Notes under the pieces: model-generated
What the model was told of the DNA's origin: nothing
Seen by the model: only the letters and a program-made list of their open reading frames with translations
Database searches by the model: none
In this document: piece after piece, positions 19,251-27,213 of the stretch
Position numbering within the stretch: the stretch's first letter is position 1
Layout: every line of letters begins with the position of its first letter
Assembly: GCA_040905425.1 (NCBI GenBank)
Contig: JBBDRO010000068.1
Coordinates: 1-28,783 of the forward strand
DNA from: Gemmatimonadota bacterium
GTDB lineage: Bacteria > Gemmatimonadota > Gemmatimonadetes > Longimicrobiales > RSA9
Direction: 5' to 3'
DNA length: 28,783 nucleotides
Program-made: the position numbers and the translations under genes

Positions 19251-19925
19251 CTAGAAGAGTCCCACGCTCAGGCCGGCGGAGAGCAGCACCATGCCCACGT
19301 CGGCCAGGAGCTGATTCTGCAGTCCGCCGCCGGGCATCGGCGTGGTGCCCGGCGCGTGGGCAAAGAGCAGTTCGCCGCCATCCACGAGCAGCCCGCTCAC
19401 GTCCAGCGAGACGGGCCAGCGCGTTCCCGCCAGAAAGACCCGCACGCCCGCGCCGCCGCCCCAGGCCAGGGCGGTGTCCGTGTCGGTGGCGCCCGTGCCG
19501 TCCGCCAGCGTCACCTCCATGTGGTTGCGCACCATCCCGCCGAAGAGGCGCAGATAGGGCTCGAACCAGCCCACGCGGAGCGCCAGGTCGGGCCCCCCGC
19601 CGGCCACGAGCAGCCGGTTGGCGCCGCGTCGGCCGGAGGCCTCGTCCCGGTGCTCTCCCAGGGGGATCCAAGCCGCGTCCCCGCGCAGCGACAGGCGCTC
19701 CCTGCGATCCACGCGCAGCCGCACGCTCGCGTCCGGGCCGTAGCCGTTGTCCAGGAAGCGACCGGCGTCACCCCGCAGCAGCGCTGCGGCCACGCCCCCG
19801 CGGACGTCCATGCGGTTCATGGCGCGCGTCTGGCCGGCGCGGCCGAACTGGGCGGCGGCGGGCTCCGTGGCGGTCGCGGCGGCCAGGGTCAGCCCGAGCA
19901 GTACGGTGAGGCGCCTGCGGCCCAT
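19251..19925 (-). CDS. Putative outer-membrane beta-barrel protein
   Basis: Signal peptide ending AAAQ, alternating amphipathic strands, C-terminal Phe (AGLSVGLF); AGGAG RBS. Confidence 0.7.
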   Translation of the reverse strand: MGRRRLTVLLGLTLAAATATEPAAAQFGRAGQTRAMNRMDVRGGVAAALLRGDAGRFLDNGYGPDASVRLRVDRRERLSLRGDAAWIPLGEHRDEASGRRGANRLLVAGGGPDLALRVGWFEPYLRLFGGMVRNHMEVTLADGTGATDTDTALAWGGGAGVRVFLAGTRWPVSLDVSGLLVDGGELLFAHAPGTTPMPGGGLQNQLLADVGMVLLSAGLSVGLF

Positions 19926-19958
19926 CGGATCTCCTGAAGGACGGGGGTGTGGCCTGCG

Positions 19959-21032
19959 CTACGGTACGACCGAGATGCTACCGGGCGTGCCCTCCCGCAC
20001 CTCGCCGATGATGGCGGAGGCGGGCGCGCGCAGCCGGCCGAGCGCGTGCGTGAGGCGCTGGGTCAGATCGGGAGCCACGGCAATGAGCAGGCCGCCCGAG
20101 GTCTGCGCGTCGAAGAGCAGGGTGCGCACGGGGTCCGGCAGGGGGCGCTCGAAGGTGACGTCCGCCGCGCGGTCGGCGGCGTTGCGTCGCGTGCCGCCCG
20201 GCACGTGTCCCTCCTGCGCCAGCTCGATGGCGCCGGGCAGGAACGGGACGCTGCTGGCGTGGATGCGCGCGGCCGCGCCGCTGGCGCGCAGCATGACGTG
20301 CAGGTGGCCGAGCAGCCCGTAGCCGGTCACGTCCGTGGCCGCGTGGGCGGCCGCCTCCCGCATGGCCACGGCGGCGTCCCGGTTGAGCGTGGTCATGCAG
20401 GCGAGGGCGTTCATGATGGCGTCCTCCCGGGCCACGCCGGCCTTGATGGCCGTGGCAATCACACCCGTGCCGATGGGCTTGGTGAGCACGAGCAGGTCAC
20501 CGGGCCGGGCGCCCGCGTTGGTCACCAGATCGGCGGGCGCCACCTCCCCCACCACGCAGTAGCCGAACTTGGGCTCCGGGTCCTCCACCGAGTGCCCGCC
20601 CAGCACCAGGGCGCCGGCCTCGCGCATCACCGCCTCGCCACCGCGCACGATCTCCTCCAGGATGCCCTGGCCCAGGTGTTCGCGGGGGAAGCCCAGCAGA
20701 TTCAGGGCAAAGAGCGGCCGGGCCCCCATGGCGTAGATGTCTGAGAGGGCATTGGCGGCCGCGATGCGGCCGAAATCGAACGGGTCGTCCACGACGGGCG
20801 TGAAGAAGTCCACCGTGGCCACCAGCGCGCGATCGGGCGCGATCCGGTAGACGGCGGCGTCATCCCCCGTGGCGGCGGACACCATCACGCGGGGGTCGTC
20901 AACGGGAACCACATGACGCAGGACCTGCGTCAGCTCGGCGGCGCCGAGCTTACACGCTCAGCCCGCGCCGTGGCTGAGCTGCGTGAGCCTCAGCCGCGGT
21001 CTCTCATCCCGTGGGGAATCCGTGTTCTCCAT
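19959..21032 (-). CDS. selD: Selenide, water dikinase (selenophosphate synthetase), selenocysteine-containing, UGA at 20960-20958 (codon 25)
   Basis: ORFs 20958..21143 and 19959..20912 are in one frame: RLTQLSHGAG-UGA-ACKLGAAELTQVL..DDAAVY..TVDFFTPVVDDP..ANALSDIYAMG..GGHS..TDVTGYGLLGH..DAQTSGGLL. Confidence 0.95.
20914..20950 (-). promoter_or_regulatory. SECIS-like stem-loops just 3' of the selD UGA
   Basis: mRNA: UGA GCGUGUA AGCUCGGC-GCC-GCCGAGCU then UGACGCAG-GUC-CUGCGUCA (8-bp perfect stem, loop 33 nt after UGA, resembling GCAGGUCUGC of the E. coli fdhF SECIS). Confidence 0.75.
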
Positions 21033-21038
21033 GGCGCG

Positions 21039-21067
21039 AATGTAGGGCACGCGGCAGGTTGGGTCCA
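21039..21067 (-). promoter_or_regulatory. Candidate leaderless promoter of selD
   Basis: TGGACC-N17-TACATT-N6-ATG on the minus strand, with no Shine-Dalgarno sequence. Confidence 0.5.
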
Positions 21068-21129
21068 CGACGCCGACCATTTCGGCCGGCGGAAGTCCTG
21101 ACACAGACATCCTGATCCGGAGTCCGCAC

Positions 21130-21684
21130 GTGCAGGAACTCACGAATCCCGCTGAACTGGAAGCCCTCCGCTACCCGGTGGGCCGGCGGATGAGTACTGC
21201 CCGACCCACCGCTGCCCAGCGGGCGGCCTGGCTCGAGGAGATCGCCGCGCTGCCCGCGCGCCTGGTCGAGGCGGTCGGCGGGCTCGATGACGGGCAGCTC
21301 GACACCCCCTACCGCCCGGGCGGCTGGACGGTGCGGCAGGTGGTGCACCATCTGCCCGACAGCCACGCCAACGGCTACGTGCGCTGCTGCTTGGCGCTCA
21401 CCGAGGAGAATCCCACGATCCGCCCCTACGACGAGGGGTCGTGGGCGGAGCTGCCCTTCGCGAAGCACGGCCCGATCCAGCCGTCGCTGGACTTCCTGGC
21501 CGGCGTGCACGCCCGCTGGGTGGCCACCATGGGTGCGGCCGACGAGGACGCCCTGGCCCGGACGTGGACCCACCCCGCCGAGGACGTCATCCACCGGGCG
21601 GGCGATCTGCTGGAACTCTACGCCTGGCACTCGCGGCACCATCTGGCGCACATCACGCGGCTGGCGGAGCGCATGGGGTGGTGA
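21130..21684 (+). CDS. YfiT/BstA family (DinB fold) bacillithiol transferase
   Basis: LRYPVG, LDTPYRPGGWTVRQVVHHLPDSH, PTIRPYDE, YAWHSRHHLAHI; GGAG RBS before GTG. Confidence 0.9.
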   Translation: MQELTNPAELEALRYPVGRRMSTARPTAAQRAAWLEEIAALPARLVEAVGGLDDGQLDTPYRPGGWTVRQVVHHLPDSHANGYVRCCLALTEENPTIRPYDEGSWAELPFAKHGPIQPSLDFLAGVHARWVATMGAADEDALARTWTHPAEDVIHRAGDLLELYAWHSRHHLAHITRLAERMGW

Positions 21685-21783
21685 CGCGAGCACGCCCGGC
21701 GCCGTGGATGCGGCGTCGGGCGCGGCTGCGGGGCGCGGCTGCCGGCGTGAGCCGGGTCCCTTCGCGGGAGCGTCTCCGCCGGC

Positions 21784-22152
21784 TTACCCGGTGCCTGTAG
21801 TAGGCGTCCAGGCGGGCGAGTCGCTGGCGGGAAAGGACTCCTCCGACGCCTCACGCACCACGTCCTCGGCGGCATCCGGATCCACGCGGCGGTAGTAGCC
21901 CTCACGCCGCGCTTCCTGCCCGGCCGCAGAATGCTCCCAGTCCTCCCCTACCGCCCCGCCAGGTCGCTCCGCGTACCGCGCGGCGGTTCGCAGGCCGTGC
22001 ACCGCCAGGGCGGCACCGCCGAGCGCCGTCAGCTTGCCCAGAAAGCCTCCGCGCACCAGTCCACCGAAGAAGAGGATGGCGCCCGCGGCCACCGACCCCA
22101 ACTGCTCCATATCCAGGTCGAAGTCTTCCGCCGGACCCGCTTCCACTGCCAT
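21784..22152 (-). CDS. Small membrane protein with C-terminal 'EASEESFPASDxPAW' motif
   Basis: GGAGG RBS before ATG 22152; glycine-rich hydrophobic hairpin; VVREASEESFPASDSPAWTP. Confidence 0.75.
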   Translation of the reverse strand: MAVEAGPAEDFDLDMEQLGSVAAGAILFFGGLVRGGFLGKLTALGGAALAVHGLRTAARYAERPGGAVGEDWEHSAAGQEARREGYYRRVDPDAAEDVVREASEESFPASDSPAWTPTTGTG

Positions 22153-22362
22153 GTGTTCCTCCGTTAGGCCTCGTGTGTGCCGAATGCCCCCGCAGCATGC
22201 AAGAACCGGTACCAACGCGGCGCGCGGCTCCGTGGGAGTAGGCCCCACGAAGCAGCCCGGAAAGTTCCGCGACGTGCGCGCCGCGCTCGCGCGGGGGGAT
22301 CGCACCGCCCTATGCTGGGTATTGGGGAGCAGCGTTTCTACACAACTCATCCCGGAGGATCG

Positions 22363-22821
22363 ATGGCACAGCACCAGCGGCGCCGCGCGGCGCAAGGCAA
22401 CTCCAAGGGCGGGCCGCTCAAGGCCATGCTCGTGGGTGGGCTCATCACGGCCGGCCTCGTGGCCGTGGTGATGGTGGGTGCGAGCGAGGCGCAGGGCTCC
22501 CACCCCGAGCCGCGCGCCGACGCCACCACCGTGCAGGCGGCGCAGGTCGTGGGGCCGGAGCGTTACGCGGCCTACCCGCGCATAGCCGAGGTCTACACCC
22601 AGGCCGCCGAGATCCCCGACGTGCTGGACGGGCTCTACTGCTACTGCGACTGCTCCCAGCACGCCGATCACTACTCCCTGCTGGACTGCTTCAAGAGTGA
22701 TCACGGCGCCGGCTGTGACGTCTGCCTCACCGAGGCGGCCATGGCGTACCGCCTGCACAAGGAAGGCAAGTCGCTGCAGGAGATCCGCCAGACCGTGGAC
22801 GGAATCTACGGTGCCGGCTGA
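22363..22821 (+). CDS. PCYCGC-motif family protein (exported/membrane-anchored, Cys-rich)
   Basis: GGAGG RBS; N-terminal TM; LYCYCDC..HYSLLDCF..HGAGCDVC..GKSLQEIRQTVD. Confidence 0.85.
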   Translation: MAQHQRRRAAQGNSKGGPLKAMLVGGLITAGLVAVVMVGASEAQGSHPEPRADATTVQAAQVVGPERYAAYPRIAEVYTQAAEIPDVLDGLYCYCDCSQHADHYSLLDCFKSDHGAGCDVCLTEAAMAYRLHKEGKSLQEIRQTVDGIYGAG

Positions 22822-23311
22822 GCCGAGAATTCTTGTAAGCGACGTTCGACGGCGCGTCCTTCGGGGCGCGCCGTCCGTCTTCGTGGCGGCAGCGCTGTTC
22901 GTGGTGGCGCCGATGCTCCTGGCCGGCTGCGGGGGCGATCAGCCGGACCGCTGGGAGTCCCTCGGTGAGCTGCGCGCCACCGACCTGGGCGGCGGCAGGA
23001 GCGCGCCGGCGGCGGGGGTGAGCACCCGCATCCTGAACCCGCCGCGCCCGCTGGACATGGAGGACTACGCCGCGGAGCACGGCGCTGCCACCTTCCGCAC
23101 GTTCATGAACAAGTGCGGCGCCTGCCACGCGGCGCCTGATCCCGCGCTGCGCACGGCGTCCGGCTGGGAGCCGCTCCTGGCCCGCATGGAAGCGCACATC
23201 GCCGCGGCGGGGCTGCTGCCGCCGCGGGCGGAGGAGCGGGACAGCATCCGCGCCTTCCTGCGGCGCCACGCGCTTGCCGCGCCGGCGGACAGCGCGGCCC
23301 GCCGGCCCTGA
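22811..23311 (+). CDS. Monoheme c-type cytochrome lipoprotein (start uncertain)
   Basis: Lipobox LAGC; single heme motif CGACH; W..L..RM distal Met candidate; closing helix IRAFLRRHA. Confidence 0.72.
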   Translation: MPAEPRILVSDVRRRVLRGAPSVFVAAALFVVAPMLLAGCGGDQPDRWESLGELRATDLGGGRSAPAAGVSTRILNPPRPLDMEDYAAEHGAATFRTFMNKCGACHAAPDPALRTASGWEPLLARMEAHIAAAGLLPPRAEERDSIRAFLRRHALAAPADSAARRP

Positions 23312-23469
23312 GTGGCCAGCGCGCGCCGCCGCCCGGCCACCGGGCCGGCCAGAAGCGCGTCCGCGGTGCGCGCCCACGGCCCTGCGCTTACGGCCCTGCG
23401 TCCAGCATGTCTGGCCGCCGGGCACCGCCCACCGCGCGCTCGGCACGGAGCGTGCACTTGCCCGCCCGC

Positions 23470-24957
23470 ATGAACAACTCACGCGGATCGTCCCGACCCC
23501 GCGCGCGCGCCGCGCGCGCCTGGGCCCTGCCCGGCCGGCTGCTGCTGCTGGCGGTAGCGGCCTCCTCCATACACGCCTGCGCCCGCAACCCGGTCACCGG
23601 GGAGCGCGAACTGGCCCTGATCTCCGAATCGCAGGAGATCCAGATGGGCCAGCAGGGCGCTCAGCAGGTGGTCCAGAGCCTGGGCCTGGTGGAGGACCAG
23701 GCGCTCCAGCGCTATGTGGACGGCATCGGCCAGCGCCTGGCAGCCGCCTCGGAGCGTCCCGACCTGCCCTGGTCCTTCGCGGTGGTGGAGGACCCCACCC
23801 CCAATGCCTTCGCGCTGCCGGGCGGCCCCGTCTTCCTGACGCGCGGCATGATGGCGCTGATGGAGTCGGAAGCCGAGCTGGCCAGCGTCCTGGGGCACGA
23901 GATCGGCCACATCACGGCGCGTCATTCCGTGAACCAGATGAGCAAGGCGCAGCTGGCGCAGCTGGGCATGGGGCTGGGCACGGTGTTCGTGCCCGAGTTG
24001 GCCGGGATCGGTGGCCAGGTACTCGGGACAGGCTTTCAGTTGCTCTTCCTGAAGTACGGCCGGGATGACGAGCGCCAGTCGGACGAACTGGGCTTCCGCT
24101 ACGCCCTGAACGCCGGCTATGACGTGCGCGAGATGGATGACGTCTTTGCGGCGCTGCAGCGGATCGGTGAGCAGCGGGGGTCGAGCCCGGTACCGTCCTG
24201 GGCCTCCACCCACCCGGCGCCCGCGGAGCGCATCGAGAACATCGGCGCCATGATCGCCGAGGTGGAACAGCGGCTCGTGGGGCTGGAAGTCGGGCACGCC
24301 ACCTACCTGCACCGCATCGATGGGTTGGTCTACGGCGAGAACCCGCGCAACGGCTTCTTCCGCGACAACGTCTTCCTGCACCCCGACCTGGCCTTCCAGA
24401 TGGAGTTCCCGGACGGCTGGCAGAAGCAGAACCTGCCGCGCGCCGTGGTGGCGGTGAGCCCGCAACAGGACGCGCAGATCGTGCTGGAACTGGCCGAGGG
24501 CAGCCCCGACGCGGCGCTCCGGCAGTTCCTGGGGCAGCAGGGCATCCGCACGCTGTCGAGCACCCGCGGCACCACGAACGGCAACCCCTCCGCCACGGGC
24601 CTCTTCCAGGCGGCCACGCAACAGGGCACGCTGGCCGGCGCGGTGCGCTTCATCTCCTACGGGGGCAACACCTACCAGCTCCTGGCCATCACCGGCGCGA
24701 ACAACTTCGATCGTTGGGAGCGCGCCTTCGCGGGCGTGTTCGAGAGCTTCGCGCAGCTGACGGACCGGGCTACCCTGGCCGTCCAACCGAATCGGATCAC
24801 GGTGGTGGAGTTGCCCACGGCCATGACGCTGAGCGCGTACAACCAGCGCTACCCGTCGGTGATTCCCCTGGAGGAACTGGCGCTCATCAACCACGTGACC
24901 AGCGCCAGTACGCGTATTCCGGCCGGGACGCTGCTCAAGCGGGTGGTCGGCGGCTAG
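23470..24957 (+). CDS. M48 family metalloprotease lipoprotein with C-terminal extension (LysM-like end)
   Basis: IHAC-ARNPVTGE, PNAFALPGG, ELASVLGHEIGH, YGRDDERQSD, STHP. Confidence 0.9.
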   Translation: MNNSRGSSRPRARAARAWALPGRLLLLAVAASSIHACARNPVTGERELALISESQEIQMGQQGAQQVVQSLGLVEDQALQRYVDGIGQRLAAASERPDLPWSFAVVEDPTPNAFALPGGPVFLTRGMMALMESEAELASVLGHEIGHITARHSVNQMSKAQLAQLGMGLGTVFVPELAGIGGQVLGTGFQLLFLKYGRDDERQSDELGFRYALNAGYDVREMDDVFAALQRIGEQRGSSPVPSWASTHPAPAERIENIGAMIAEVEQRLVGLEVGHATYLHRIDGLVYGENPRNGFFRDNVFLHPDLAFQMEFPDGWQKQNLPRAVVAVSPQQDAQIVLELAEGSPDAALRQFLGQQGIRTLSSTRGTTNGNPSATGLFQAATQQGTLAGAVRFISYGGNTYQLLAITGANNFDRWERAFAGVFESFAQLTDRATLAVQPNRITVVELPTAMTLSAYNQRYPSVIPLEELALINHVTSASTRIPAGTLLKRVVGG

Positions 24958-25044
24958 GGCGGTTCAGGCGCGGCAGCACGCAGCGGCATTTCGGCCCCCA
25001 GGTGCCAGCTTGCCCGGCGGGCCCCCGGCCCGTTCTTTTGCGGT

Positions 25045-25425
25045 ATGAACATCCTCTACCTGGCCGTGGGCGGGGCGCTGGGCACGCTGGCCCGCTTCGG
25101 GATGAGCGGGTGGGTGCAGGCGCGCGCCGGGCTCTTCCCGTGGGGCACCTTCTCCGTGAACATCGCGGGCGCCCTCTTCGTGGGCTTTCTCTTCCGTTAT
25201 CTGCAGGACGTGAGCGCCGCCTCGGCCTGGCGGGCATTCCTGGGAATCGGTTTCGCCGGCGCGTTCACCACGTTCAGCACACTGGCGTTCGAGACCGTGG
25301 GACTCTTCCAGGAGGGCGCCTGGCGGGCTGCGGCCGGCTACGCGCTGGGCAGCCTGGTGGCGGGCGTCGTGGCGGTGCTGGCCGGCGCCGCCGCGGCGGC
25401 CGTGCTCCTCAGGACCGGAGGCTGA
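25045..25425 (+). CDS. crcB: Fluoride efflux channel FluC/CrcB
   Basis: GGALGTLAR, FPWGTFSVN, GFAGAFTTFST; four TM segments. Confidence 0.93.
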   Translation: MNILYLAVGGALGTLARFGMSGWVQARAGLFPWGTFSVNIAGALFVGFLFRYLQDVSAASAWRAFLGIGFAGAFTTFSTLAFETVGLFQEGAWRAAAGYALGSLVAGVVAVLAGAAAAAVLLRTGG

Positions 25426-25427
25426 GA

Positions 25428-25859
25428 ATGCAGCATCGATTCGAGGGGGAGCGCACCCTCATGCGCATCTACATCGGGGAGAACGATCGGGCGCGGCACG
25501 GCCCGTACGCCGGCAAGGCGCTCCATGAGGCGCTGCTGCTGACCTTCCGCGAGCGGGGATTCGCGGGCGCCACCGTGCTGAGGGCCATCGCCGGTTTCGG
25601 GGCCAGCGCCCGCCCCCACATCGATCGGGTGTTGCGGCTCTCGCTGGATCTGCCGATCGTCGTGGAGGTGGTGGAGACCGAGGAGCGCATCCAGGGCATC
25701 CTGCCGGAGCTGGACCGCCTGATCGACGGTGGGCTGGTCACGCTGGAGCGCGCCCACGTGATCCTGTACCGGCCGGCCCGGGAAGCCGACGAGGAGCGCT
25801 GGGAGCAGCGCGCGGAGGGGCTCACCCCGGCGCCGGACGAGGCACCGGAGGGTGGCTGA
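25428..25859 (+). CDS. DUF190 (PII-like) protein
   Basis: LMRIYIGE, AGATVLRAIAGFG, LSLDLPIVVEVVE, GGLVTLE; GGAGG RBS; usual position after crcB. Confidence 0.9.
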   Translation: MQHRFEGERTLMRIYIGENDRARHGPYAGKALHEALLLTFRERGFAGATVLRAIAGFGASARPHIDRVLRLSLDLPIVVEVVETEERIQGILPELDRLIDGGLVTLERAHVILYRPAREADEERWEQRAEGLTPAPDEAPEGG

Positions 25860-25871
25860 GCCCTGCGGGGC

Positions 25872-27164
25872 TCAACGACCGCCGAGTGCCCGCTCCAGCA
25901 CCGGATCCCGGCCCGCCTCGAAGTCGGCCCAGGTAATGGGGACGGCTACATCGGGCGCCAGATAGGGCGTGGTGATCCCGGGCGCCTGGCGGAAGTACCG
26001 CGTGGAGTGCCGCACCTCGAGGCCCGAGCGCGGCAGGCGGAAGCTCTTCACCTCGCCGAAATGGTTCGGCGCCCCGCCCGTCGGCTCACCGTAGAAGGTG
26101 GGGAAGGCCAGGCGGCGGAGGGCCAGGGCGTTCAGGACGGCCGAGGACATGGTGCGGCGCCCCACCAGCACCGCCAGGCTGCCCCGTTCCCCAAGCGGGT
26201 GTGCTGAGAGGCGGGCCAGCACCGGCTCCAGCACCCGCGAGTCCCCGCCCGGATTCAGGCGAAGGTCGATCACCAGGCGCTCCACCCCGGCGCTATCGGC
26301 GGCCGCGAAGAGCGCCTCGGCGAAGGCCGCCATGGGCCGCGCCGGATCCTCCCGGCACACGTTGTACTGGAAGTAGAGCGTACGCTCGTCGGGAAGGACC
26401 GTGAACCAGTAGGGCAGCTCGCCGTGCCGGCGGTAATGCGGGCGGCGCGGGCCCTCCGGAGGTCCGCCGACCAGCCAGGTCACATCCCGCTCGGGCGGCA
26501 GCGCGGCCAGCGCCACCTCCAGCCCCTCACCATGCGCGTCCTCCAGGGTGTAGCGCACGCTGTCGGGGCTGGGCGCCAGGCCCAGGGCGTGGAGCACCGG
26601 CGCCGTGCGCAGCATGCTCATGGCACGGTGGCGGAACCAGGGCTCGTTCTCATGGGAGACCACGGTGCGGATGCGTGCCATGGCATCCGTCACAGGCACG
26701 CCGCCCACCCGGACCAGGCGCGCGCCCACGAAGGGAGCCCACAGGGGACCCACGGCGTACGCCCGGATGCCGTCGTCGAACCACTCGAAGACCATGGGGG
26801 CCACCGGCATGCCGGCCGGCAGGACCACGGCCGTGTGCGCATCCCCGGCCAGCGCGGCCAGGCGTGCCAGGCCCAGCGCCACTTCGTGATCGGCCAGGTG
26901 CGGGATGGTGTCCCGCAGTGCGGCCACCTCCGCGCGGAAGCGGGCGGGTTCGAGGTGGGTAAAGAAGTCGGGATGGCGTCGTGGTAGTTCGGCGGCCAGA
27001 TGCGCCAGGTCCATGCGCCAGTGGGCGGTCCGTGCGGAGTCGGTCCGCGCGGCGTCGGGACGCCCACGTTCCTGACCGGCGCCAGGGTCGGGCGCCGTCA
27101 GCAGCGCGGCAAGGACCAGCCCGGGCGCGGCCAGGCGGCGGATGTGCTGGTAAGCGGATAGCAT
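25872..27164 (-). CDS. S41 family peptidase-like exported protein
   Basis: Signal peptide; GDAHT, IDLRLNPGG, TMSSA (catalytic Ser candidate), GEPTGG, PDVAV, GRDPVLE. Confidence 0.8.
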   Translation of the reverse strand: MLSAYQHIRRLAAPGLVLAALLTAPDPGAGQERGRPDAARTDSARTAHWRMDLAHLAAELPRRHPDFFTHLEPARFRAEVAALRDTIPHLADHEVALGLARLAALAGDAHTAVVLPAGMPVAPMVFEWFDDGIRAYAVGPLWAPFVGARLVRVGGVPVTDAMARIRTVVSHENEPWFRHRAMSMLRTAPVLHALGLAPSPDSVRYTLEDAHGEGLEVALAALPPERDVTWLVGGPPEGPRRPHYRRHGELPYWFTVLPDERTLYFQYNVCREDPARPMAAFAEALFAAADSAGVERLVIDLRLNPGGDSRVLEPVLARLSAHPLGERGSLAVLVGRRTMSSAVLNALALRRLAFPTFYGEPTGGAPNHFGEVKSFRLPRSGLEVRHSTRYFRQAPGITTPYLAPDVAVPITWADFEAGRDPVLERALGGR

Positions 27165-27213
27165 GATCAATCCTAGCCCCGGTTCGCGATGCGCCGCCAT
27201 CGGGCAGCATCCG

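Noticed and set aside
19959..20912. selD as a 317-aa gene or a pseudogene
   Set aside because: It would lack the catalytic N-terminal motif; the in-frame UGA falls at the Sec position and has a downstream hairpin
22810..22880. PCYCGC stop context GAG-UGA-AENSCK resembles selD GAG-U-ACK and is followed by a hairpin, suggesting a second Sec read-through
   Set aside because: The domain is already complete at the stop, the extension is not protein-like, and the UUCG loop lacks the SECIS-type leading G
24714..25427. 381-aa ORF extension of the DUF190 gene
   Set aside because: Overlaps the M48 and crcB genes in another frame; the real start is 25428 with a GGAGG RBS
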